A stretch of DNA of 64,000 nt, taken from positions 82,095 through 146,094 of the forward strand of contig JBEKNE010000001.1 of the NCBI GenBank assembly GCA_049523135.1, read 5' to 3'. Below, piece by piece: positions 27,545 through 37,243 of the stretch; the first letter of the stretch is position 1; the number at the start of each line of letters is the position of its first letter. The position numbers were made by a program, and so were the translations under genes. The notes under the pieces were generated by a model. That model worked only from the letters and a program-made list of their open reading frames with translations, was not told the origin of the DNA and searched no databases. The stretch comes from Candidatus Microgenomates bacterium. Its GTDB lineage: Bacteria; Patescibacteriota; Microgenomatia; UBA8517.

Positions 27545-29367
27545 AAATCTTTAAATCAAAGACAACAACCAACCAAACATTAAATCCCCAGCCTTTACAA
27601 CCCGAGGTTAAACCGGGAATTACTTCCGCTTCTCTGGCGGTAAGCCGTGGTATGAAACTTTTGGATGTAATCGCTCCGCAATCAATCGAAACAGATTTTG
27701 ACTACATAAAAATTAATGATATTTATTTCAGAACAATATTTGTCGGGGGTTACCCCAGATTTGTTGCCCCCGGCTGGCTTGAACCTGTAATTAATATTGA
27801 TACTTCCCTTGATATTGCTTTTTATGTTTATCCCGTTGATGGTAAAACAGTACTCGATGACCTCAGACGTAAGATTGCCGAAATGGAGGCTGAAATGTCA
27901 ACGGATATTGAGCGCGGAAAAATAGTTGATCCTTCAACACAAGCAAAACTTGAGGATGCAAGAAGTCTTCAGGAACAACTCGTAAAAGGAATTGAAAGAT
28001 TTTATGAGTTCTCCTTTTACATAACTATACCAGCGAACTCGCTCGAAGAGTTGAATCAGATTACCAAACAGGTGGAATCCCAACTTGGGTCCCTTCTGAT
28101 TGTCAGCAAGCACGCCATGCTGGATATGGAAGATGGATTTTTGTCTACGGCCCCTTTCGGAATGGACAGACTCAATATCACAAGAAACATGGACACAACT
28201 TCCGTCGCTACAACTTTTCCTTTGACTTCAACCGAGCTTTCAAGCGACCGCGGTGTTTTGTACGGCATTAATTCTCAAAACGAATCGTTTATTATTTTTG
28301 ACCGCTTCAGTTTGGAAAATGCAAACATGACTATTTTTGCGACAAGCGGGGCCGGAAAATCATACTTCGTAAAACTCGAGGCACTAAGAAGTCTAATGGT
28401 TGGTGTGGAAGCAATTGTAATTGACCCCGAAAGCGAATATAAGTCCCTCGCAACTGCGGTCGGGGGTGAGTTTATTTCTTTTTCCTATAATTCTCCCGCC
28501 AAAATTAATCCTTTTGACCTTTCCCAAATCAGGGAGGAGGGAGAAAACCAACTGGGTCTTAAAATTCTTTCTCTCCACTCTCTAATGAAAGTAATCATGG
28601 GTGCAATTACTCCAACACAGGAAGCGCTTCTCGATCGAGCCCTTATCATGACTTACAGAGCCAAAGGAATAACCATGGACCCCGATACTCAAGGAAAAGA
28701 ACCCCCCCTCATGGAAGATCTTTATAAAACACTAATCGGAATGGAGGTACCTGACGCACTTGACCTTGCGGCCCGAATTGAAAAATTTGTCAGGGGAAGT
28801 TTTGTGGGAATTTTTGATAAGCAAACAAACATCAATATTACAAACCCCTTTACGGTTTTTTCGGTCAAAGATTTGGAGGACACGCTTCGCCCCATCGCCA
28901 TGTTTATTATCCTTGACTACATTTGGACAAGGATTAAAAAAGATATGAAGAAAAGAATTCTAATAGTGGATGAGGCGTGGACAATGATGAGATATCCGGA
29001 TACGGCGCAATTTCTTTGGAGTGTTGTCAAGAGGTCCCGTAAATACTATCTGGGACTCACTACGATCACCCAGGACGTCGAAGACTTCCTAAGTCAGGAC
29101 ATTGGAAAGGCCATCGTCACAAACAGCGCTATGCAGGTCCTGCTGAAGCAGTCTCCGGCCGCAATAGACAAAATCGGCGAGGTCTTTTATCTCTCTCAGG
29201 GAGAAAAGCGACTACTCCTCGCCGCCAATGTCGGAGAAGGAATATTTTTTGCGGGGCCCCACCACGCCCCTATTAGGGTTGTTGCCTCTGAAGAAGAAAA
29301 TAGATTAATTACAACCAAGCCGCAGGAAGTAATTAAGGTTTCGACAAACCCTTACCAAGTAAAATAA
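27541..29367 (+). CDS. VirB4-like conjugation/T4SS ATPase
   Basis: Walker A ATSGAGKS, IDPESEY, INPFD, Walker B LIVDEAW, RKY..ITQ motifs. Confidence 0.92.
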   Translation: MKIFKSKTTTNQTLNPQPLQPEVKPGITSASLAVSRGMKLLDVIAPQSIETDFDYIKINDIYFRTIFVGGYPRFVAPGWLEPVINIDTSLDIAFYVYPVDGKTVLDDLRRKIAEMEAEMSTDIERGKIVDPSTQAKLEDARSLQEQLVKGIERFYEFSFYITIPANSLEELNQITKQVESQLGSLLIVSKHAMLDMEDGFLSTAPFGMDRLNITRNMDTTSVATTFPLTSTELSSDRGVLYGINSQNESFIIFDRFSLENANMTIFATSGAGKSYFVKLEALRSLMVGVEAIVIDPESEYKSLATAVGGEFISFSYNSPAKINPFDLSQIREEGENQLGLKILSLHSLMKVIMGAITPTQEALLDRALIMTYRAKGITMDPDTQGKEPPLMEDLYKTLIGMEVPDALDLAARIEKFVRGSFVGIFDKQTNINITNPFTVFSVKDLEDTLRPIAMFIILDYIWTRIKKDMKKRILIVDEAWTMMRYPDTAQFLWSVVKRSRKYYLGLTTITQDVEDFLSQDIGKAIVTNSAMQVLLKQSPAAIDKIGEVFYLSQGEKRLLLAANVGEGIFFAGPHHAPIRVVASEEENRLITTKPQEVIKVSTNPYQVK

Positions 29368-29368
29368 C

Positions 29369-31720
29369 ATGGCAAATAAGATCAGCCTTACCCAAGAAAA
29401 TATTAAGTATATAAGAGATGCTTTTTCGCATTTCTTTCCGGAGGATATAATTTATTCTGCAGACAAACCGTATGTTTCGGGCGAATTTAACTGGAACAAT
29501 CGGAGAGGTTTTATAAATTTTGTCTACCGACTCACTGGCGTCGAAATTAAATCGGAAAAAGATTTCGGAAACATCAAAAAGGCTCAGCTCGCCGTTGAAG
29601 ATCTGGTTGAAACAACCGAATCGGAAGAAAAAGTTACTTCAAATGTTCCCGAAAAAGGTTTAAGGGAAGAGCAGGAAGTTGAAAGACAAAGAAGAGAAGC
29701 GGCACTCAAAGAATCTACAGAAAGTGCCAAGAAAAACATTGAGGCATCCATTAAAAGGCAACAACAACTTGCCGAGGAACTGAAAAACAAAAAAGTTTAT
29801 GTAAAAGCCGAGGCTCCAAAGACCACAGAGTTAATTAACGAGGAACAAAACTCCATCGACACTCTCAAAAAAGCTGCTGAGGCGGATCCGAAAAGGTTGG
29901 TCGATCAAATTACTGGCGAAATTGAAAAGAGAATTGCTTCTTCAAATCCGCAGGCAGATCCAAAGGAGGTTCATCTCCTGGCAGAACAGGCGGCGTACGA
30001 TACCGTTAAAAATCTTCAAGGTCAATCTTTAGCGCAGGAGGCTGTAATTTCAAACGCAGTTGCAAAAGGCAATGTCGCCGTCACCAAAATAGTTACTAAG
30101 GAAGGCCAATCTACTCTTCAACAAGCCGCCTCGGATGTCAAAAACCAGCAAATTTTGGAATATACAGTAAGCAGGGATCTTGCTTCTTCTACTTTTGGAG
30201 AAAATTTTGCAAGCAACGTCTTCGGTCCAAAAAAACTTGATGATTTTCGAATTGAATTTTCAAGTAAGCCAAACACCGGTTTTGTCTCCTATGATCTATC
30301 ACAAATTCCCAACAATTTTTCCGCATCACTTGGTGATCAGGGAAATTTTCTGGGGAGTATAAAGGATTTTGGGGTAGGAAAAATAAAATCTCAGTTTTTA
30401 GAACAGGCTTCCATTAGACTCGAGGGGTGGATCGGACAACTTCCGTCCAACAGTTTTCTGGCTCAGACCTACAACAATGAATTAGTTCAAGGTGCTTTAT
30501 CCTATTTCGGCTTGGGAGGATCTTCTGTTGCATGGGAAGGAACAACTTTTTTTGGAAGACTGGCTGTAGATAACGGCTTTGGGCCAATTATTGGGTGGCT
30601 GGGTGAAAAAACAGGAATTGATTTTGGCATCGCCAGTGTTGCAACAGATATAGGGGGAGAGATTGTTGGAAGTGGTCTGACAGGTGAAGCTGCCGCAAGT
30701 TTGGTTGCAGGTGAAACTGCAGCAACCTTAACAGGAGAGGTTGCAGCCGTTGCCGGAGGAGAAGCCGCAGGAGCTGCAGTTGGTACAGCAATTGTCCCCA
30801 TCCCCATTATAGGAACCATTGTTGGAGCTGTTGTTGGTTGGCTGGCAAGCAAAATTGACTGGCAGAAAGTCGGTCCATTTCTTGTCGGAGCAGTTGTAGG
30901 GTTAGGTGTCGGCATTGTTGCCGGGTTGGGAGTAGGAATAGCTGCGGGTGTTGGGGCGGGCCTTTTGACCTCCGGAATTACCGGCGGATTGCCTAGCCTG
31001 TCCTCAATAGGATCGGGTATTGCGGGTTTTACCACAGCTCTGGCTAGTGCCATGGTTGCCGCAATTGGAATTCCAATACTTGTTACACTTCTCGTCTTTC
31101 CTGTGGTTGTTGCCCTAATTCTTTTTATAATTAACTCCGGAGCCTATGTTGTTCCAACAACAGGTATAGCTAACGTTACTTGTAATATAGACCAAAGTAG
31201 CGGACAGACATCTCAAACATACAAAAGCACCGCGGCTAATGCTGCCGTCTGTATAGTCTCATACCTCAATGAGTTTGGTCTTAACCCACTCTTAGTAGGC
31301 TTGCTTGATACTCCATCTTGGCAAAATCTAGTAAAAGCTCTTCCTGCACCCGCTCTTGAGGCACTTCAAATTTCGGCGCCTGTTGATGGACATCTTCAAT
31401 GTGTTGGATTCGCTGCTGCAACTGCCGGTTGGGCTTATGGCCAAGCCTTTGGCCAAATAAACGCCTGTTCTTATATTAATAATCCGCCGGCCGGATATAG
31501 TTATGTCTCCGGAACTACAGGAATTCAATCCGGAGATTTTTTCCTTATAAATGGTTCACATGGGTGCAGCGCAAGTTCACCGGGGCATATTGGTGTAGTA
31601 ATATCGGTAGACGGGGCACTTATCAGTTGTGCGGATGCAAACATGATTGGACCGGGAGAAACGCGCGTCGCAAATGGGTGTTTTGCATTATCCCAACTGA
31701 CGGGGTATCTGAGAAGATAA
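29369..31720 (+). CDS. coiled-coil/Gly-zipper membrane protein with C-terminal CHAP-like amidase domain
   Basis: N-terminal coiled coil, long Gly/Ala-rich hydrophobic stretch, then LQCVGFA..SGD..PGHIGVV (Cys/His dyad). Confidence 0.7.
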   Translation: MANKISLTQENIKYIRDAFSHFFPEDIIYSADKPYVSGEFNWNNRRGFINFVYRLTGVEIKSEKDFGNIKKAQLAVEDLVETTESEEKVTSNVPEKGLREEQEVERQRREAALKESTESAKKNIEASIKRQQQLAEELKNKKVYVKAEAPKTTELINEEQNSIDTLKKAAEADPKRLVDQITGEIEKRIASSNPQADPKEVHLLAEQAAYDTVKNLQGQSLAQEAVISNAVAKGNVAVTKIVTKEGQSTLQQAASDVKNQQILEYTVSRDLASSTFGENFASNVFGPKKLDDFRIEFSSKPNTGFVSYDLSQIPNNFSASLGDQGNFLGSIKDFGVGKIKSQFLEQASIRLEGWIGQLPSNSFLAQTYNNELVQGALSYFGLGGSSVAWEGTTFFGRLAVDNGFGPIIGWLGEKTGIDFGIASVATDIGGEIVGSGLTGEAAASLVAGETAATLTGEVAAVAGGEAAGAAVGTAIVPIPIIGTIVGAVVGWLASKIDWQKVGPFLVGAVVGLGVGIVAGLGVGIAAGVGAGLLTSGITGGLPSLSSIGSGIAGFTTALASAMVAAIGIPILVTLLVFPVVVALILFIINSGAYVVPTTGIANVTCNIDQSSGQTSQTYKSTAANAAVCIVSYLNEFGLNPLLVGLLDTPSWQNLVKALPAPALEALQISAPVDGHLQCVGFAAATAGWAYGQAFGQINACSYINNPPAGYSYVSGTTGIQSGDFFLINGSHGCSASSPGHIGVVISVDGALISCADANMIGPGETRVANGCFALSQLTGYLRR

Positions 31721-31730
31721 AAGTAGTAAA

Positions 31731-32366
31731 ATGAAAAATATCAAACCAAAATTTAAAATTGTAGGGATAATAGCCGTTGTTTTTATTATTCTCGCTATTA
31801 CTCTTATCTATGCTTTGCAAAAAAACAAAACCACGACATCAATACCAATTGCCATAACAGATTCCACACCAAAAGACGGCGCTTCCGGGGTTAGTGTTTT
31901 TGATCCAATCACCATTACTTTCAATCAAAAAGTTGATTCGTCTACCTTTACAGTTTCCTCCGACCCGTCAGAAAATTGGACTATTTCACAAACCACACCA
32001 AGTACTATTAAGTTAGACCATCAACTCTATCTGGAAGTTTCTACCACATATAAATTAACAGTCTTGCAAAACGATAATGTTGTTGGAACAATAACTTTCG
32101 AAACAGAAAACGAACAAAACGATCCCCGCCAGCTGCAAAATTTACAATCCGAGCTAAACAAAGATTATCCTTTGGCTTCACTCACACCCTACGAAACTTC
32201 CAATTTTCGTGTTGTCTATACAGCACCCTTAACGCTGGGGATAACCCTTAAAGGCTCCACAGAAGCACAAGATGCAATTTTACAAGTAGAATCTTGGGTA
32301 GAATCGAATGGTATCGATCCGGGAACACATAAATACATTATAATTGCCGCTTCCCCTACTCCTTAA
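31731..32366 (+). CDS. membrane-anchored bacterial Ig-like domain protein
   Basis: N-terminal TM; STPKDGASGVSVFDPITITFNQKVD..TYKLTV Ig-like pattern. Confidence 0.75.
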   Translation: MKNIKPKFKIVGIIAVVFIILAITLIYALQKNKTTTSIPIAITDSTPKDGASGVSVFDPITITFNQKVDSSTFTVSSDPSENWTISQTTPSTIKLDHQLYLEVSTTYKLTVLQNDNVVGTITFETENEQNDPRQLQNLQSELNKDYPLASLTPYETSNFRVVYTAPLTLGITLKGSTEAQDAILQVESWVESNGIDPGTHKYIIIAASPTP

Positions 32367-33478
32367 ATCTTTACCGGCATAATTAGATGAAGATAATTTG
32401 GATCTATTGAATCGGTAAAGACTCCCGGTGAAGCAACTCCCGAAAACTCCATTTTAATTTCTTCTCCCGTTACAGAGTGTAAAAAATCTTCAAGAAAACG
32501 ATAATTGAAGGCTATTTCAAATCCCTCTTCGGGAATCGACCCTTCAATTTTTGCATCGACTTTCGTATCCTGGCTTCCCGCCGCGCTACTTTCTGCGGAA
32601 ACTTTAATGGAATCTTTTAATATTTTAATTTTTACGACATTTGCAGACTCCCTGGCAAATATAGAGGCAAGTTTAACGGCTCTTAAAAGCTCTTCTTTAT
32701 CCAGTAAAACTTTTATATTTGAACTTTTAGGAATTATCTTCTCAAAATCCGGGTATTCGCCCTCCAAAAGCCTGGATGTCAAAATTGTGTCCCCTATTCC
32801 AAAAATTACCTGCTTCTCTTTTTCCTGCAAACCGAAAAGTATTTCCTCTCCTCCGAAAACTCCTCTTGAAAATTCCCCTAGAATTCCTTTTGGAATAATA
32901 ACGCTTTTTACTGATATGTCCCCCACTTTGACAGGAATAGTTTTTCTTGAGAGTCGGAAGCCGTCGGTTGAAATTAAAGATAAAGAATTTTTTGCAAAGA
33001 TAAAAAGAACTCCTGTTAAAATCGGCCTTGTTTCATCTACTGATGTAGCAAAAACAACCTGGCTTAAAGCTTTTACCAGTTCGTCTTTGGAAAAAGTGAT
33101 AGCCTTTTCCTTACTTATGCTGCTTGGAATTTTGGGGAAATCGGTGGAATCCATTCCCAAGACTGTTGATGAAAAACCTGAAGTTGAAACTTTCAATTGC
33201 TCTTTTTCGGCTACAAGAGTTATTGTTTCCTTGGGCAAATTTGCAACGAGTTCGGATATAACTTTTGCCGGAATACTTATTTCTCCTTCTTCTTCTATTT
33301 TAGCTCCCACTTGAACAGATGCTGATATTTCCAAATTTGTCGATGAAATATAAATTTTACTTTTTTGGGTAGAAATAAGAATATTTCCAAGAATTGGAAG
33401 TTGAGCTTTTGCACTGGCAAAACGTGCTGTTATATTTACTGCGTTTTCGAGATTTTCCTGAAGTATTTGGAATTTCAT
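32363..33478 (-). CDS. dnaN: DNA polymerase III beta clamp
   Basis: LPILGNI..STNLE..TDGFRL..EGEYPDF..LIMPV. Confidence 0.97.
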   Translation of the reverse strand: MKFQILQENLENAVNITARFASAKAQLPILGNILISTQKSKIYISSTNLEISASVQVGAKIEEEGEISIPAKVISELVANLPKETITLVAEKEQLKVSTSGFSSTVLGMDSTDFPKIPSSISKEKAITFSKDELVKALSQVVFATSVDETRPILTGVLFIFAKNSLSLISTDGFRLSRKTIPVKVGDISVKSVIIPKGILGEFSRGVFGGEEILFGLQEKEKQVIFGIGDTILTSRLLEGEYPDFEKIIPKSSNIKVLLDKEELLRAVKLASIFARESANVVKIKILKDSIKVSAESSAAGSQDTKVDAKIEGSIPEEGFEIAFNYRFLEDFLHSVTGEEIKMEFSGVASPGVFTDSIDPNYLHLIMPVKI

Positions 33479-33499
33479 AATATTTCCTTTTTTGCTGTT

Positions 33500-33695
33500 T
33501 ACCGTTCTCTCTTTATTATCATATATTAACTAGTAGTTCTAGTAGTAGGTGGTGTTGATAAGTTGAGAACTTTCCGTTTTTGATTATAATCTTCGGGCCA
33601 TATTCGTGTTCATAATACGCACAAGTAATTGTTGATAAATTTGTGGATAAAGTCACTCTCTGTGTTGATAAGTACATAAGTAAATATAATTATCC
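33500..33695. other. replication origin oriC (dnaA-dnaN intergenic part)
   Basis: Perfect DnaA box TGTGGATAA at 33642-33650; TGTTGATAA variants at 33553, 33630 and 33663; TAG-trinucleotide run at 33531-33548 next to an AT-rich tract. Confidence 0.85.
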
Positions 33696-35054
33696 TCAAA
33701 TCACACTTTTTATCTTCAAGATATCCTCACGCATTTGCACATCCTCTGTGGCCAATTGGGTAATTTTTTCCACAGCGTGCATAACCGTTGTATGATCCCT
33801 TCCTCCAACTACCCTACCGATTTCTTCAAGCGGGACTCCAAGTTGTGTCCGGAGAAGATACATAAGCACTTGTCTGGGTCTGGCAATGGGTCTTGCACGG
33901 CTATCACCCAAAAGCAATCTTTTGCCAACTTGGTAGTATTTGGATACAGCTTCTGTAACTTGTTCCGGGGAACTTCTGGTAATTTTCCCTGCTTCAAAGT
34001 TTTTTGCGAACAGAGATTCGATAAGCTCGTTGGTTACAACAACTTTTTTGACATGGATCTCCGTCAGGATTTTAGTAAGAATCCCCTCAATTTTTCTGGC
34101 AGACTCGGAATTTGCCGCAATCATTTGTGCCTGTTCGGAAGTCAGATCTACTCCTTTTTCCTTTGCTTTAATTTGAGTAATTGCAGACCTGAGTTCAAAA
34201 TCGGGTGGGGCGATGTCAACAATTAACCCGGCTTCAAACCTGCTGCGAAGCCTTTCTTCAAGTTTTGATATTTCAGAAGGAGGTCTATCTGAAGTTAAAA
34301 TAATTTGACCGCCGACCGATGTAACGGCATTAAAAGTATGGAAAAACTCTTCCTGAACGGTATCTTTGCCGGCAATAAACTGAATATCGTCAATTAAGAG
34401 AAGATCAAGTTTTCTGTATTTATTTCTGAAAGCCTGTGTGGTTTTATTCCTGATCCCTTCAACAATATCGTTTGTAAAATCTTCCCCCGTGCAAAAGAAT
34501 ACTTTTTTATCAGGATCTTTCTTAAGAATATAATTTCCGACGGCCGCCATAAGATGGGTTTTACCGACCCCTACCCCACCCCAAACAAAAAGCGGGTTAT
34601 ATGCGCTTCCCAGACTTTGGGAAACAGCTTCGGCTGCTGCATGAGCCATTTGATTACTTGAAGAAACGGCAAAGTTTTCAAAAGTGAAACTTGGCCTTAG
34701 ACGTGCCCTTTGCAAAATTTCAAGTATGTGATTATCTTCTTTTTCGGTTGAAAAGAGGGGCGCTGAAATTTCCGATATTTCCTTTATGCTTTTCGGGTTT
34801 GCTTTAACAATAAAGGTCAGATCGCATTTTTTGCCGACAACCTTACTAAGTGAATCCTGAATGAGGCCGAAATATCTGGATTCAATTGTATTTTTGGCAA
34901 ACGAGGTCGGACATCCAACTTCTGCATTTGTTTTATCGGATAGTGTTTCGAGGTTGGCTAAGTGTGTTTGTGAAAACCATGTTGAAAAAATAGCCGGTGA
35001 GACAGAAACCTTTATTATTTCAAGCGAGTCTTTCCAAACCTGTTCATTATTCAT
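33696..35054 (-). CDS. dnaA: chromosomal replication initiator
   Basis: YNPLFVWGGVGVGKTHL, LLIDDIQF, QEEFFHTFN, GGRDHTTVMHA. Confidence 0.98.
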   Translation of the reverse strand: MNNEQVWKDSLEIIKVSVSPAIFSTWFSQTHLANLETLSDKTNAEVGCPTSFAKNTIESRYFGLIQDSLSKVVGKKCDLTFIVKANPKSIKEISEISAPLFSTEKEDNHILEILQRARLRPSFTFENFAVSSSNQMAHAAAEAVSQSLGSAYNPLFVWGGVGVGKTHLMAAVGNYILKKDPDKKVFFCTGEDFTNDIVEGIRNKTTQAFRNKYRKLDLLLIDDIQFIAGKDTVQEEFFHTFNAVTSVGGQIILTSDRPPSEISKLEERLRSRFEAGLIVDIAPPDFELRSAITQIKAKEKGVDLTSEQAQMIAANSESARKIEGILTKILTEIHVKKVVVTNELIESLFAKNFEAGKITRSSPEQVTEAVSKYYQVGKRLLLGDSRARPIARPRQVLMYLLRTQLGVPLEEIGRVVGGRDHTTVMHAVEKITQLATEDVQMREDILKIKSVI

Positions 35055-35135
35055 AATAGAATCTCTAAAAGATGGGGCAGACAGCAGAAGTTATACCAAA
35101 CTTCTAAATAGTTTATAATTAGTACTTTTAATAAG

Positions 35136-35144
35136 TTATCCACA
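35136..35144 (+). promoter_or_regulatory. DnaA box upstream of dnaA
   Basis: Perfect TTATCCACA in the dnaA-rpmH intergenic region. Confidence 0.8.
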
Positions 35145-35201
35145 ATTCGTCAAGGGCCAATTATTGCCATTATCCTTAGGTTTCTGTATAATGTCTTTCA
35201 T

Positions 35202-35342
35202 ATGAGCACGAAACGTACATATCAGCCAAGCAAAATAAAACGAGTAAGAACACATGGTTTCAGGAAAAGAATGTGTTCTAAAAAAGGGAGAATGGTATTG
35301 AAAAGACGAAGAGATAAAGGAAGAAAGAGTCTTTCTGTCTAG
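35202..35342 (+). CDS. rpmH: 50S ribosomal protein L34
   Basis: Below the ORF-track cutoff: [46 protein letters not shown]. Confidence 0.96.
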   Translation: MSTKRTYQPSKIKRVRTHGFRKRMCSKKGRMVLKRRRDKGRKSLSV

Positions 35343-35354
35343 TTGACCTCAAAA

Positions 35355-35699
35355 ATGCTTGCTAAGAAATTTAGACTTACCGGTGCAAATGATTTTGCCA
35401 AAGTGCAGAGTGATGGCAAAGTTTATCAGTCTGCAAATTTTGGAATTGCATATCTACCGAGAGGGGATCAGGATGCCAGCAGGTTTGCCTTTATTGTTTC
35501 CACAAAAATAGCTAAGGATGCTGTTGACAGAAACCGTTTCAGAAGAGCCATGAGTGAATCCGTCAGGCTAAATAGCATCAGTTTAATTCCGGGATTTGAT
35601 GTTGTTTTTCTGGCCAAGACTTCTATAGCCCGGGTTTCAACTGCCGAAATAATGAAAGAGGTGAGAGAGTCGCTTAAACAAGCGGGTCTATTAATATGA
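35355..35699 (+). CDS. rnpA: RNase P protein component
   Basis: [22 protein letters not shown] (RNR motif); synteny. Confidence 0.95.
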   Translation: MLAKKFRLTGANDFAKVQSDGKVYQSANFGIAYLPRGDQDASRFAFIVSTKIAKDAVDRNRFRRAMSESVRLNSISLIPGFDVVFLAKTSIARVSTAEIMKEVRESLKQAGLLI

Positions 35700-35932
35700 A
35701 AAAAAGCTTGATAGGACTATTAAAAATCTACAAAAATTTTATTTCACCCATAGCCGAAAGAGTCCTCGGGGGGGCGTGCAGGTTTACTCCAACCTGTTCG
35801 GAGTATACAATTGAGGCCTTGGAAAAATACGGCATAGGCAAGGGTTTGGCAATGGGATTAAAAAGACTTAGCAGATGTCACCCTTGGGGAGGGTCGGGTT
35901 TTGATCCGGTACCAAACATTATAAATAAATAA
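35696..35932 (+). CDS. yidD: membrane protein insertion efficiency factor
   Basis: [27 protein letters not shown]. Confidence 0.95.
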   Translation: MKKSLIGLLKIYKNFISPIAERVLGGACRFTPTCSEYTIEALEKYGIGKGLAMGLKRLSRCHPWGGSGFDPVPNIINK

Positions 35933-35937
35933 TTAAA

Positions 35938-36768
35938 ATGATAATTCCTATTCTCACACCATTGCTTTTAAATGGTTTAATATTGTTTTATAAAATTTTA
36001 GGTGAAAATCTCGGTGTGGCTATTATAGTGTTTAGTTTGGTCCTCGTTTTTCTAATGAAACCCCTCACGAAACCCTATATGCAATCGATGAAGAAAATCC
36101 GCGAACTTGAACCCCAACTTGCGAAGCTCAGAAAAAAATTCGGCAAGGACAAAATGAAGATGTCTCAGGCTCAGGCTGAACTTTATAAACAAAATAAAAT
36201 TAATCCAATGGCGGGATGCCTCCCGTACATATTGCAATTTGTCATCCTAATTGCGCTTTTTGGTGTATTTACGACAACTTTTCCTAAAAACGTGAACGTT
36301 GCAGCTATTACAGCCGATCTTAATAAACGTCTTTATACCCCCCTACAATTTTCACAAGGTCAAATTTTAAATACAAAATTTTTATATTTGGATATTTCTC
36401 AACCGGATAAACTTAATAGATTAATTCCAGGTATACCTGATTTTATTCCTGGAATTTTTGTAATTTTGGCAACTTTGGGACAGTTTTTGTCCGTTAAGAT
36501 TATGGCTCCGTATCTTTCGGAAGAAGAAAAAATAGCCAAAAAAACAAAATCTGAAGCAGACGATATACAGGTTGCCATGCAAAGCTCAATGACATATACA
36601 TTGCCTTTGATGACTCTTTATTTTGGTTTGCAATTTCAATCTGGACTAGCTATATACTGGCTGGTGTTTTCTATAGTTAACGTTTGGCAGCAAGTTTCTA
36701 TGTCTGGATGGGGGAGTTTGACGCCGACGGTAAATCTGGTAAAATCTAAGCTCACAATTAAAAAGTAA
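35938..36768 (+). CDS. yidC: YidC/Oxa1 membrane insertase
   Basis: ELYKQNKINPMAGCLP..GLAIYW. Confidence 0.93.
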   Translation: MIIPILTPLLLNGLILFYKILGENLGVAIIVFSLVLVFLMKPLTKPYMQSMKKIRELEPQLAKLRKKFGKDKMKMSQAQAELYKQNKINPMAGCLPYILQFVILIALFGVFTTTFPKNVNVAAITADLNKRLYTPLQFSQGQILNTKFLYLDISQPDKLNRLIPGIPDFIPGIFVILATLGQFLSVKIMAPYLSEEEKIAKKTKSEADDIQVAMQSSMTYTLPLMTLYFGLQFQSGLAIYWLVFSIVNVWQQVSMSGWGSLTPTVNLVKSKLTIKK

Positions 36769-36781
36769 GTTCAAAATAAAT

Positions 36782-37243
36782 ATGAAAGAAAAAACAGAGA
36801 CACTTCAAAAACTGGCGGAGAAACTATTTTCACTAATGGCTACAAAAGCTAAGGTTTCGGTTGATTATGATAAAGAAAACACGGTCTTTGTTGTTAATGT
36901 TGAGGCGGGAGACGAAACAGGACTCCTTATCGGCAAGAAGGGGGAAACCTTATCGAGTATACAAACAGTACTGGGAATCCTTTTTAAGCAAAAAACAGGG
37001 GAGTGGAATAGGGTTGTTGTGAATGTAGGGGATTACCGCGAGAAGGAGGAAGATTATCTTAAGAATTTGGCGACTTCTACTGCAGAGCGGGCAGTAGAAA
37101 CCGGAGATTCCCAAAATCTTTATAACTTAAAAGCCTGGCAGAGGAGAATCATTCATATGGCTCTTTCTGAAAACAAAGACGTTACCACAGAATCCGAGGG
37201 AGAAGGTGAGGAAAGGTTTTTAATTATTAAGCCTAAAAAGTGA
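36782..37243 (+). CDS. jag: Jag/KhpB RNA-binding protein (KH + R3H)
   Basis: LLIGKKGETL (KH), RRIIH (R3H); synteny. Confidence 0.9.
   Translation: MKEKTETLQKLAEKLFSLMATKAKVSVDYDKENTVFVVNVEAGDETGLLIGKKGETLSSIQTVLGILFKQKTGEWNRVVVNVGDYREKEEDYLKNLATSTAERAVETGDSQNLYNLKAWQRRIIHMALSENKDVTTESEGEGEERFLIIKPKK

Noticed and set aside
32505-33314. 269-aa plus-strand ORF
   Set aside because: Antisense shadow of dnaN. The same applies to 10242..10850, 22067..22561, 30502..31053 and 33735..34226.
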